From the IMG/VR virus record IMGVR_UViG_3300042291_002144: DNA of 64,000 nucleotides; one strand, 5' to 3'. Numbering within the stretch: position 1 is the first letter of the stretch; each line of letters begins with the position of its first letter. The position numbers were made by a program, and so were the translations under genes. The notes beneath the pieces were generated by a model, which worked only from the letters and a program-made list of their open reading frames with translations, was not told the origin of the DNA and made no database searches. This document shows, one piece after another, positions 29,981 to 41,952 of the stretch. The DNA comes from an uncultured virus (IMG/VR IMGVR_UViG_3300042291_002144) (taxonomy: Duplodnaviria; Heunggongvirae; Uroviricota; Caudoviricetes).

Positions 29981-32900
29981 TTAAAAATTATAGTTCTTGA
30001 TTAGATTGTTTTTCCTAGTATTTAATCTTTCTTCAATACTTGTAACATAATCTCTTTTATTTAGAACTCTAATAAAGTTTTGTACTTCGTTTTTATAACT
30101 TGTTTCGCGATTATCGATAACTTCTACACTTAATGAGTATGATCCAATATCTTTAAATTTCCACATAAAAAATGGAACTGATTTAACTCGGATTATCTCT
30201 TCTCCAGTGATATCATTAGTTAAACTCCAAATAAATTCATATTTTCCATCTAGATTATTTACAACAAACGTAGCAATTCCATTTTCAGGAATCTCAAATG
30301 ATCCATTAAATATTTTAAGATCATTTACATTAAATACATTTTGGTCAATAGTAGTTGGTAAATAGCCATATTGATTATCCCCATTAAAATACCAATAGTC
30401 GTTAACCCAATAGTTTGGATCTTGAATTGAGCCATCTAACATATTACTAGTTTTTGAGAATAGGAATAGAGTTTCCTCTTTGAATAGAGGGTATGTTAAA
30501 TTTAGATGGTCTAATAATCGTTGTGAAAAAACATTCTTTGGTGTAAAATATGTAAATTCATCGCCTACGCTTGTTCCAGTATATGAAATAGTATTATATA
30601 ATTCTTTACTTAAGAATCTAGCTTGTGCATGAATATCAGTAGTATTTAATACATCATAAGTAAATAAGCTTATTGCTGGATGGGTACTATTATTTAGGAT
30701 AGTGCATAATTCATCTAAACTAGAAAAAGTAGGAAGTATATACGCGCTAAATAGAGAAATAGTAATGGTATCTCCAGGACTAGGACTATTAAAATAAAAA
30801 CCTGCTTCAAAATCATCAACGAATACTAAATCATTAATTCTTAACCAGTATAGTGAGCCTATTTCAAGATCTCTAAAATCTTTTATTGTAATTGGAATAT
30901 CATTTTCTCCTAATCCCCAATATCTTTTCTTTGGATGTACGTGTAAAGGATCAAAATATGTAAAATATTGATCTAAACTATTATCGTATATTTCAAGATC
31001 ATAAATATTTTGGCCTAATCCATATCTATTTTTAAAGAATGATGACCATTCTGTTAAATTTTTATATAAATCGATAGTTTCTGTACTATCTTCATTATTT
31101 AGTACATTTACTTTAGGATAATATATAGGTGATGCTCCAAAATCCTTTAATTGAATATTTTTAAGATTGCTTATTTCATAATTAAATTTGTCTTCTATTT
31201 TAGAAAATCCAATTATCTCAGGTTTCATTTGATCTGAAACAGTTATAAATTTTGAAAAGACGCTAGTCCCTCCGTAAAAATCAAATAATTCAATAGTTAT
31301 TCTATATTTACCAGCGTATGGTAAAAAATGAGGAAGCTTATGTAAATCTACAAGAGTTCCTCGATATTCAAAGTTATATGGATTTGGTCCAGGTTTAGTT
31401 ATTCTCCAATTTATTTCATAATAATTCTTAAAATCAATATTTTCTAGAGTCCAATATTGATTTAATCCTGGAGCAATTGCATCAAGATCTTCTAATTTTA
31501 CACCCCCTAAATCTTTTATTGAGAATTTTTTAATATCTGCAGTCAATATGACTGGCGCTCCAATCACTCGTTGAGGATCATCGCCAAATTCCCAACTTAA
31601 TTTATGATTAAGATTAGGGAATCTTTGATCTCGAATATTTTCATAATATTGAGTAATATAATTAGAAATTCCTCCAATTTGAGATTTAATATAATTTTGA
31701 GAATTTTCAAATGGGTTAGTATATGAATTATTATATCTAATTGTTCCAAAGTCTATTCCATCTACTCCAGCTTGGCGGTATAGTGGATCCAATGAACGTA
31801 GTACTAGATTAGTATTTTCATTAGGGTATACTGCAATTGGAATATTCTCATTTATTTGATAATCGAATATTTGAGTAGAGTCAGGCCAATAATTAATTGT
31901 TAATTTTTGAAAGTATATAAATTCACCAATAACATCTTTAATTTTAACATTAATTGGTAAAAATTCATTTTTAAGTTTTTTACTTAATAAGTCTAATTTA
32001 TAGAATATTTCATTTACTGTAAATTCAGTAGTTTCAGCAACTATTGGAACTCCGTCATCATCATATTCCCCAGTTACAGCAGTAAACTCATAAACTAGGG
32101 CTAGAAATTCGGTCTTTTTAAATTGCTTTCCTGATTTAAGATTAGAATTTTTATCAACTAGATCAATTGAATCAACTTTTCCATCATCAAGATAATCCAT
32201 AATATCAACCATTGAAAGCGTATTATAGTATGGCGATGAGTTATTTACATTATTCCAATATTCTTTAACTTTTAGGATATCTTTATATCCAAGAATATTA
32301 ATAAAATTAAGTAAACCTTTGTATGTTCCAATGTATGGATAAATCTCCTCTTTAGTTACAAGTAATTGTTTTCGGGCTAAATTTAGAGCGGCTACATCTG
32401 GATATGCCTCTTTAATATCATAATCTTTTAAGATATTTGCATCTTCTCTTTGAAATCTAATTCCAAAATTTTCTGCCCAAACTCTAAATCTATCTTCTTC
32501 TTCAATACCTTCACCATAAAAATCAATAATTGCAATCGGTGTTATTAAAGAACCATCAACTATTTCAATTATTAATTTTCTAGAGTATGCAAATTCAGAA
32601 GTTGGAGTAAATGCAATATTTACTTGTAGTGGCATTGCAATATCTAGATCACCTGAGTTAGTTGAAAAATCAGAATGAGAAAATAAAGCAGATTCAGTAC
32701 GACTTAAAAAGTTTTCTTGTAATTCAGTATCTTTAATTACATTATATAGATAGAATTCGTCACTATTTTTAGTATTTTCCCAACTAAATTTTAAGGATTG
32801 ATTTTGAGAAAGTGATGGAAATTTATATAAACCAGCTATTTTTTCAAGAATAAAGATATTCTCATTATCAAAAAGGTAAACTGAGATATTATTGAAAAAT

Positions 32901-32992
32901 ACTCTTCCTGTCCACACATTTTGAGTAGTATCATATTGTAAATTTAAGTTTTTACCAAACTTATTGAAAAAATGCAGATTTTGAATGACCAT
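29981..32992 (-). CDS. Baseplate wedge-like structural protein with PKD-like modules
   Basis: IYPYIGTYKGL..GY motif; G.Y.+.+E+.D modules; late motif at 33012-33021. Confidence 0.45.
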   Translation of the reverse strand: MVIQNLHFFNKFGKNLNLQYDTTQNVWTGRVFFNNISVYLFDNENIFILEKIAGLYKFPSLSQNQSLKFSWENTKNSDEFYLYNVIKDTELQENFLSRTESALFSHSDFSTNSGDLDIAMPLQVNIAFTPTSEFAYSRKLIIEIVDGSLITPIAIIDFYGEGIEEEDRFRVWAENFGIRFQREDANILKDYDIKEAYPDVAALNLARKQLLVTKEEIYPYIGTYKGLLNFINILGYKDILKVKEYWNNVNNSSPYYNTLSMVDIMDYLDDGKVDSIDLVDKNSNLKSGKQFKKTEFLALVYEFTAVTGEYDDDGVPIVAETTEFTVNEIFYKLDLLSKKLKNEFLPINVKIKDVIGEFIYFQKLTINYWPDSTQIFDYQINENIPIAVYPNENTNLVLRSLDPLYRQAGVDGIDFGTIRYNNSYTNPFENSQNYIKSQIGGISNYITQYYENIRDQRFPNLNHKLSWEFGDDPQRVIGAPVILTADIKKFSIKDLGGVKLEDLDAIAPGLNQYWTLENIDFKNYYEINWRITKPGPNPYNFEYRGTLVDLHKLPHFLPYAGKYRITIELFDFYGGTSVFSKFITVSDQMKPEIIGFSKIEDKFNYEISNLKNIQLKDFGASPIYYPKVNVLNNEDSTETIDLYKNLTEWSSFFKNRYGLGQNIYDLEIYDNSLDQYFTYFDPLHVHPKKRYWGLGENDIPITIKDFRDLEIGSLYWLRINDLVFVDDFEAGFYFNSPSPGDTITISLFSAYILPTFSSLDELCTILNNSTHPAISLFTYDVLNTTDIHAQARFLSKELYNTISYTGTSVGDEFTYFTPKNVFSQRLLDHLNLTYPLFKEETLFLFSKTSNMLDGSIQDPNYWVNDYWYFNGDNQYGYLPTTIDQNVFNVNDLKIFNGSFEIPENGIATFVVNNLDGKYEFIWSLTNDITGEEIIRVKSVPFFMWKFKDIGSYSLSVEVIDNRETSYKNEVQNFIRVLNKRDYVTSIEERLNTRKNNLIKNYNF

Positions 32993-33034
32993 TGTCTATT
33001 TATAGCTTTATGTTATTTATTAAATACGATAACT

Positions 33035-33433
33035 TTATATGCTATATACTGAATTTTCTCCGCTGGTACTAATAGAAATAAACTCTAATGTTTCATCTGA
33101 ATCTAATCCAGTTTTCTTGTGGATCTTTTTCCACTCCTTTGCATACCCGTTTTTACAAATTTGAGTAAAATAAGCAAATGCATTTGGTGAAATCATTTTT
33201 GTTTCATCAAAGCTTTTCCAATATTTTAAACAGTCTAATATTGCTGATTGAATGCAGTCTTCTCTATCTCTAGAATCTCTAAAGTAGAGACGATCCACTG
33301 CTCTATTTGCAAGAGAAATAAAACAATTAACTGAGTATTTAGATAATTCTCCATCTCCTTTACATTTTATGATATCTGCAGTAAATTCTTTATTGTTAAT
33401 ATAATGGGTATCCCCTTTTTTCTTTCTAGCCAC
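33035..33433 (-). CDS. Late-transcription sigma factor, T4 gp55-like (short, region 2 only)
   Basis: HYINNKEF, REDCIQ.A...CLKYW..FD and NAFAYFTQIC motifs characteristic of gp55 homologs. Confidence 0.85.
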   Translation of the reverse strand: MARKKKGDTHYINNKEFTADIIKCKGDGELSKYSVNCFISLANRAVDRLYFRDSRDREDCIQSAILDCLKYWKSFDETKMISPNAFAYFTQICKNGYAKEWKKIHKKTGLDSDETLEFISISTSGENSVYSI

Positions 33434-33442
33434 GATTGACGA

Positions 33443-34102
33443 TTATTTTAAAAGCTGGTAAATTTTAACTATTCCTAGATAAGCATCTACCATATCAATT
33501 ATAGGAGAGACTATTTTGTCCCCATTGACTATCCATTTTTCAGAGTTGATTGCTTTAGCTAAATCAGAAGACTTAGCTGCTTCGATTATAGGATCTGCTT
33601 TAAATTGATTAAAAACATCAATTTTACCAGCATTGCCTTTGCAGCCTATTGCATTTTTAAGTTCACTAGGACTAAAAATGAATAGTCGATCTGCGTTATT
33701 TTTAAGTACTTTTGTTAAGAGCTCGTGTCTTAATATTCCAGTTGATTGTGCTATGTCGACTAATGAGTTTCCTTTAGATCCAAATGACATTCCTTCGATT
33801 GAGATAATTACTTCATCATCTCCTACTTCTTTTAAAATTTCGTCAATTATTTTACTAACGAGTTCTTTATAGTTTATAAGTTTAACCCTCTCAGTAATAT
33901 GATATTCTGGATGAGTTTTTCTAATTGTAGTAGTCTTTTCAATCTTGATATTTGGATAGTTCTTTAAAAGATAATCAAAGTTAACTTGATCAGCTTTTTT
34001 TACTCTAGTATTTACTACTGAGAGCCATTTAAACTCGTTAAAGTCTTTACAGATACATATACCTGGATAGAGTATTGAAAAATCGATACTTACAATTGTC
34101 AT
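33443..34102 (-). CDS. RuvC-like Holliday junction resolvase
   Basis: SIDFS..PGICI, IEGMSFGS, PSELK...GNAGK and D.VDAY motifs. Confidence 0.75.
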   Translation of the reverse strand: MTIVSIDFSILYPGICICKDFNEFKWLSVVNTRVKKADQVNFDYLLKNYPNIKIEKTTTIRKTHPEYHITERVKLINYKELVSKIIDEILKEVGDDEVIISIEGMSFGSKGNSLVDIAQSTGILRHELLTKVLKNNADRLFIFSPSELKNAIGCKGNAGKIDVFNQFKADPIIEAAKSSDLAKAINSEKWIVNGDKIVSPIIDMVDAYLGIVKIYQLLK

Positions 34103-34134
34103 TCATAATTGATATTTTTGAAATCCTGTTAAAG

Positions 34135-34159
34135 TTATACTTAATAGTATTTAAAAGTT
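34135..34159 (-). promoter_or_regulatory. Bipartite promoter AAC-N15-AGTATAA driving the resolvase and late sigma genes
   Basis: Reverse strand reads gaac ttttaaatactatta agtataa. Confidence 0.65.
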
Positions 34160-34189
34160 CTTTCTATAAAATATTATTTATTTTTTTAA

Positions 34190-34325
34190 AACCTTTCATT
34201 TTTTCATAAGTAGAATAGGGCTAGTGGGTGGGAGTACTAGCTAGTACTATATAGTATATACTATTACTTCTTTCTTACTTTAATTAATTACTTCTAAGTT
34301 ACTTTAGTAGTACTCGCGCACGGGA
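34190..34325. other. Promoter followed by chained palindromes; candidate replication origin
   Basis: AAC-N16-AGTAGAA at 34190-34215; perfect palindromes at 34233-34248, 34245-34256 and 34251-34264. Confidence 0.4.
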
Positions 34326-34363
34326 AAGTTTTAAAAAAGAAGAAAAAGAAGTATAATAATTCT

Positions 34364-35308
34364 ATGAGACTAGGATATTGTTGTATAAATTTAAGCCTGA
34401 AAGATCAGGGAGTCACTACTAATCGTGGCATGATACGTAAAACGTTTGATGAAAAAGGTTTAGAATACGTAAGCGAACTAGCTAAACAGAATTTAGCTGA
34501 TCTCTTAACTATTCTTAAGTGGAATAGTCTAAATCAAATTAATGTCTATCGAATGTCTAGTGATCTTTTTCCTTGGATGAGTGAATACCGATTTAAAGAT
34601 CTTCCAGAATATAGTGAAATTTTAAAATTAGCTAAAAAAGTTGGTGAATTTGCTAAAGATAATAATATTCGATTATCCTTTCACCCTGGCCAATTTGATG
34701 TACTTGCTTCCCCTAATCCACTAGTTGTTGATAAGACTATTTATGATTTAGATCAGCATGCTCGTATTATGGATATGATTGGATTACCTCAAGACTATCG
34801 CTCACCAATTAATATTCATGTTGGTGGATCTTATGGAAATAAACAAACTGCTCTTGAAAGATTTTGTGATAACTTTAAGAGATTAGCCCCCTCGACGCAA
34901 TCTCGTCTCGTTGTTGAAAATGATGATAAAGCCACACAGTATGGTGTCTTAGATCTATTTGAAGGAGTTTATAATCAAGTAGGTTGCCCAATTACCTTTG
35001 ATCATTTCCATCATCGTTTTTGTACAAATGAAATTTCTGCTGAGGAAGCTGCACTATTAGCTGCATCTACTTGGGGAGATATTACACCATTACAGCATTT
35101 CTCAAGTTCAAAAGCACTATACGAAGATTCTTCTGTAATTAATAGATCCCATGCAGATTACATATACGATATTATTCCAGATTATGGAATTAGCGCAGAT
35201 ATCGAGATAGAAGCAAAAGCTAAGGACCTTGCACTATTCCAATATATTAGTCAAACTAATATTGCAAATGAACCCTTATTATTTGAATTTGAAAAAATAC
35301 CAGCATAA
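34364..35308 (+). CDS. uvsE: UV-damage endonuclease
   Basis: RLGYCCIN, YRMSS.LFP, RLSFHPGQF, NIHVGG, ENDD, FDHFHH, H.DY and E.KAKD motifs. Confidence 0.95.
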   Translation: MRLGYCCINLSLKDQGVTTNRGMIRKTFDEKGLEYVSELAKQNLADLLTILKWNSLNQINVYRMSSDLFPWMSEYRFKDLPEYSEILKLAKKVGEFAKDNNIRLSFHPGQFDVLASPNPLVVDKTIYDLDQHARIMDMIGLPQDYRSPINIHVGGSYGNKQTALERFCDNFKRLAPSTQSRLVVENDDKATQYGVLDLFEGVYNQVGCPITFDHFHHRFCTNEISAEEAALLAASTWGDITPLQHFSSSKALYEDSSVINRSHADYIYDIIPDYGISADIEIEAKAKDLALFQYISQTNIANEPLLFEFEKIPA

Positions 35309-35557
35309 ATGAAAACAGTTAAATGTATGAACGACAAAAATCTTCCACTCGGTGCTATTGTAACTCAAGGGGAAGTATATGAAGTAGAGCGAGAATATTT
35401 AAATGCCCTTGATCAAAGAGTATACATAATCAAAGGTGCTCCAAATGAGGGTACTACTAAATTTGGAATGAGATGGGTCGGATATGATGCTATGCGATTT
35501 AAAGATACTGATCAAATAAAAGAAGTTAAGCACGAATATGCATTTGCATTAAATTAA
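35309..35557 (+). CDS. Hypothetical protein
   Basis: Coupled ORF. Confidence 0.6.
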   Translation: MKTVKCMNDKNLPLGAIVTQGEVYEVEREYLNALDQRVYIIKGAPNEGTTKFGMRWVGYDAMRFKDTDQIKEVKHEYAFALN

Positions 35558-35559
35558 TT

Positions 35560-35787
35560 ATGGCAACTCGACAAGAATATAATTTAGAAATTTGTGATAT
35601 GTTAACAGAGTTCTTTTCACAACCTGAACATGCAGATCTACGATTTTTTCAAGCTCTATCAATAATGGACACTTTTGATTACAATACAATTCAAGGGTGT
35701 GTGCTTGATCCCTTTAGTAAAGAAAGTAAAGAAACAAATAATAAAATTTATAAATTCTTAAAAAAGAAGAAAATCGATGGGAACTAA
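35560..35787 (+). CDS. Hypothetical protein
   Basis: Coupled ORF; DLRFFQAL...DPF..ES motif. Confidence 0.6.
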   Translation: MATRQEYNLEICDMLTEFFSQPEHADLRFFQALSIMDTFDYNTIQGCVLDPFSKESKETNNKIYKFLKKKKIDGN

Positions 35788-36274
35788 TTTTAACCGAATT
35801 CCAACAGAGGAAGAAGTAATAAGTAGAAAGAAACAATTATTAGAAGAAATTGATAATTTAATTTTAGATCCTGCAAATATTGAAAGAGGTTTTCAAGAAT
35901 ATTCTGATAATGGATGGGATACTTCTAGTTGCTGGGATAGATTTTTAGATGGCATGAGTGTTCACCTAGGTAAACGTAGTGGCGGCTGGAAGTTTTGCTG
36001 GAATTTTAATGATAACAAATACTATTCCAATAAAAAAGAGCTCCTAGCTTACATTAGAAGCGGCCGAATTGTTGATGAGTATGGAACTGAACATGAAGTT
36101 GAAGAGTTTATTGAAATGGCTTTAACTTGGGGAGAACCTGATGGATGTGTTATGGATGAAGCCTACGAGAGAGCTGAATTAGCTAAGAATCCAAGTAGAT
36201 ATATGCACGGGCCTAACTACTGGGATTTAAATATTGATGGATTAAGAGTATCAACTTCAACACAATTTTCATAA
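35777..36274 (+). CDS. Conserved phage hypothetical protein
   Basis: HLGKRSGGWKF and IVDEYG motifs. Confidence 0.65.
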   Translation: MGTNFNRIPTEEEVISRKKQLLEEIDNLILDPANIERGFQEYSDNGWDTSSCWDRFLDGMSVHLGKRSGGWKFCWNFNDNKYYSNKKELLAYIRSGRIVDEYGTEHEVEEFIEMALTWGEPDGCVMDEAYERAELAKNPSRYMHGPNYWDLNIDGLRVSTSTQFS

Positions 36275-36612
36275 TGGGATACGTAAGTTACATATCATAT
36301 GGATTAAGTCCATACACTAAAGATATAATCACAGTTGCTCAAATATATTGTAATGAAGAGACTCATAAACTCCACGTTTCCAAAGAGAGACTTAAGATTC
36401 TTAAAGGTCTAGTTAATCCGCTTGTATATAATAGCTTTAAACGTTTTATACAATCTTGTAAAACTCATGAATTTACAATAGATAGCTTAGAAGAATTGAG
36501 TATATACCAAACTGGAATAATTCGTGTAACTCCACCGAGTCCATTTGCAGGAACAGTTTCAGATGCTACTCATGTATTTAAAAAATATATTGACTACGAC
36601 TATAAATCATAA
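36274..36612 (+). CDS. Hypothetical protein
   Basis: Overlapping stop/start with the upstream gene. Confidence 0.55.
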   Translation: MGYVSYISYGLSPYTKDIITVAQIYCNEETHKLHVSKERLKILKGLVNPLVYNSFKRFIQSCKTHEFTIDSLEELSIYQTGIIRVTPPSPFAGTVSDATHVFKKYIDYDYKS

Positions 36613-36637
36613 AAAATAAATTTAGTATAATTAAAAT

Positions 36638-37237
36638 ATGGAAATAAAATTTACAGAAGGATTTTTTAAATCTTTAATCAGACTTGAAAACCACCAACGG
36701 TGGTATTGGAAAACTTTAGATTTTATCAGGTACGATTTACCAAATGGAATAAAGAATATTTTTTTCTTTTGGAAAGTTATTTGGAATTTTAGAAGTTGGG
36801 ACTCTAGTTTTCAAATGAGAGTTCTTGCAAGATCGCTAGAACCATTAGCCGATTGCTTAGAGACAGGTAATGAAGTAGAAGAAACCCGATTAAAGAAAGT
36901 TGCTAAAATTAGAAGAGCTATTGAAATACTTAGGAGACAAGGAGATGATGATTATATTGCACTTGCTGAAGAGAAATCAGGATATTTAGTTGACTCATCT
37001 CATATGTTTAACGAAACACCAGTTGAAATAGCTAAAGCAAATTCTGCAATTTTTAAATTAACTGATGAACTTGAAAAAGCTGAATGGGATGAATTATTTG
37101 AAATTTTAAAAGGTCAAGATCATTTAGAATACAGTGCTCTCCTCGAAGAAGATAAAAATAAAGAAGATAATGATAGAGATGAAGATCTCTGGACTAATTG
37201 GTTTAATGGTAGTGGGATGAAACACTGGTGGGATTAA
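36638..37237 (+). CDS. Trp-rich phage hypothetical protein
   Basis: Ends in WWD; preceded by ATC-N15-AGTATAA at 36606-36630. Confidence 0.65.
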   Translation: MEIKFTEGFFKSLIRLENHQRWYWKTLDFIRYDLPNGIKNIFFFWKVIWNFRSWDSSFQMRVLARSLEPLADCLETGNEVEETRLKKVAKIRRAIEILRRQGDDDYIALAEEKSGYLVDSSHMFNETPVEIAKANSAIFKLTDELEKAEWDELFEILKGQDHLEYSALLEEDKNKEDNDRDEDLWTNWFNGSGMKHWWD

Positions 37238-37255
37238 AAATAAATTAAATATAAT

Positions 37256-37420
37256 ATGGCAAAAGCAAAAGAACTAAGTAAAATTGAAAGTATTTCAATT
37301 AATCTTAAAACATCATTGGAATTAGCAAAGGAGGAGTACTTAATAAATCCAACTAATCCATTATCCTCAATAATTACAGATTTACAGTTAACAATATTAG
37401 AATTAGATAAATTAAAATAA
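37256..37420 (+). CDS. Small hypothetical protein (54 aa, not in ORF track)
   Basis: MAKAKELSKIES...LELDKLK*; fills the gap and has an A-rich leader. Confidence 0.55.
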   Translation: MAKAKELSKIESISINLKTSLELAKEEYLINPTNPLSSIITDLQLTILELDKLK

Positions 37421-37425
37421 AAACT

Positions 37426-38143
37426 ATGTATACTCCTGCAGAATTAGCAAAAATCGTATTCTTTGATTTAGAGACAGCTTCTGAATACCCAACACTCGAT
37501 GATTTAGCATTAGCTAAACCTAAAATGGCTGAACTTTGGTCAAAACGATGTGACTATCTTCGTACTCGATTTGAAGAAAATCGTGATATGACAGATGAAG
37601 AATTATATAAAACAAAAGCTGGACTAACTCCCGAGTTTTCTAGAATTGTTTGTGCAACTTTTGGAAGAATCAGTTATAAAGACAATGAGCCTAGTGCGTT
37701 ATTAAAAAGCTATTGCTCAACATCTGAGTCAGAAGTCTTAGATGGAATAACTAAAGTATTTGAAAAGTTTGCACCTTTAAAGTTTTCTGGCCACAATATT
37801 AAGAGATTTGATATCCCAATGATGTGTAAAAGATTATTAATTAATGGATATTCTTTACCAAAAGGACTACAAATACAAAATCTTAAACCTTGGGAAATGC
37901 CATTTATTGATACTTCTGAATTATGGAGTTTTGGTGCATGGCAAGAAGGTTTTGTTTCATTAGAATTATTAGTTAGTTCAATTGGTTTAGAAACTCCAAA
38001 GAGTGATATTAAAGGTGATGAAGTTAGTCAAGTTTTTTGGCAAGATTCAGATACTAATAGAATTGCAGAATATTGTCAACGTGATGTTTTTGCTGGAATG
38101 CAATCTCTTTTAAAACTTTCTAACTTATCTATAGTAGAAGAGT

Positions 38144-38160
<17 letters not shown>
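37426..38160 (+). CDS. Stand-alone PolB-related DEDD 3'-5' exonuclease
   Basis: FFDLET, GHNIKRFDIP, KPWE...DT.ELW.FG and YCQRDV motifs. Confidence 0.85.
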
Positions 38161-40554
<2,394 letters not shown>

Positions 40555-40569
40555 GATAATCCAAAATTA

Positions 40570-40603
40570 AAAAGGGGATAGTTAAAAACTATCCCCTTTT
40601 TTT
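40570..40603 (+). terminator. Rho-independent terminator
   Basis: aaaaggggatagtt-aa-aactatcccctttt followed by a T run. Confidence 0.85.
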
Positions 40604-40617
40604 GTATAATAATAAAA

Positions 40618-40642
40618 AACTTTATCTTTATATGTTGTATAA
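40618..40642 (+). promoter_or_regulatory. Bipartite promoter AAC-N15-TGTATAA
   Basis: Motif family; upstream of the S1-like gene. Confidence 0.6.
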
Positions 40643-40660
40643 CATATAAATATTTTCATT

Positions 40661-41815
40661 ATGATAACAGACCAATTTAAAACATTAGGTAAATACAACA
40701 CGGGTGTTAAACTTACCGCAGAAGACACAAATGCTAAAGTTAAGATATATTGCCATGAGCCATACGCTCAAGAGCTGTACGATATTATGTCGAGCCATTC
40801 AAGTTACTCGAACATTTCATCAAAGGATTTATCTCAAGGTTCAGTATATAAAGTATCAGCTAAAACTATTTCATTTAAAGATGAAACTATTTATGCTGAA
40901 GACGTAGAGTCAGGGAGTCCAATTATTATTCCATTTAGAGAATATTCAAATGATATTGAATCTTTATCTGAAGGAAATGATTCAGTTTTTTACGTAGTTA
41001 TCTATCGTTCAACTAAATTTGGAGAAAACTTTGGATCAGAAAAAAGAGCGCATTCAATTTCCTACAAACAAGAATTATTTGATAATCTTAATACTAATCA
41101 ATGGTTTGATGTTACTATTACTAAATTAATTAAAGGTGGATATTTAGCTCTTTATAAGAATGAAATTGAATGTTTTATTCCAGGTTCACACGCTGCAGCA
41201 AATATTGTTCATAACTTTAATGACATGTTAAATAAAACTTTAACTGTTATGATTGACAATTATGATCAGTCAAACGACTTATTTATATTATCATATAAAA
41301 AGTATGTTACCGAATCTATGCCAACCATGATTACTAATCTAGATTTCAATCGTGAATATACTGGAACTCTTACTAATAAGCCATATGATTTTGGAGTATT
41401 CGTTGAGATTGATGGATATTACACCGGTTTAGTTCACCATACTGAATTTGAAGATTATGCTAATGTTAAAAAGACTTTAAAAACTGGCGATACTTTACAA
41501 GTATTTGTAAAAGATATTACATCCAAAGGTGCTCAATTTAGAATAGTTCTTACTTTAAAAGAAGGAAATGTAAATTCTGAAAAATTAGCATGGCAGCAAC
41601 TTAGAGAAAAAACAGAATCTCGTACTTTCCCATACAACGTAAATACTAAACAAAATTCTATAACAATTGATATAGATGGTGAAAATTACGATGTATCACT
41701 AAAAAGAAAAGATCTAGAGAAAAATTTAAGCCAATATCCATACGTTAAAGTTTCTAAAGTAGATATTTTAAATAAAAGTCTAAAGTTTGAATTTGTTGAA
41801 AATGATGATAATTAA
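40661..41815 (+). CDS. Ribosomal protein S1-like protein (about three S1 domains)
   Basis: KGGY.....IECFIPGS and DFGVFVEIDG..GLVH resemble bS1 domains 2 and 3. Confidence 0.8.
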   Translation: MITDQFKTLGKYNTGVKLTAEDTNAKVKIYCHEPYAQELYDIMSSHSSYSNISSKDLSQGSVYKVSAKTISFKDETIYAEDVESGSPIIIPFREYSNDIESLSEGNDSVFYVVIYRSTKFGENFGSEKRAHSISYKQELFDNLNTNQWFDVTITKLIKGGYLALYKNEIECFIPGSHAAANIVHNFNDMLNKTLTVMIDNYDQSNDLFILSYKKYVTESMPTMITNLDFNREYTGTLTNKPYDFGVFVEIDGYYTGLVHHTEFEDYANVKKTLKTGDTLQVFVKDITSKGAQFRIVLTLKEGNVNSEKLAWQQLREKTESRTFPYNVNTKQNSITIDIDGENYDVSLKRKDLEKNLSQYPYVKVSKVDILNKSLKFEFVENDDN

Positions 41816-41845
41816 ATTATGCGGATTTGCATAAGCAAACTATCT

Positions 41846-41921
41846 GATAAATAATCTAGAACAAATCTAAATTAACAAATATTTAAAAAAAAATCAAACA
41901 ATCGGTTTGCTGATAGTATAA
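41846..41921 (+). promoter_or_regulatory. Tandem late (41846-41855) and bipartite (41897-41921) promoters for RNR
   Basis: GATAAATAAT and AAC-N15-AGTATAA. Confidence 0.6.
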
Positions 41922-41952
41922 GCACCATTGTCTAAAAAAATAAGAAAAAAAT

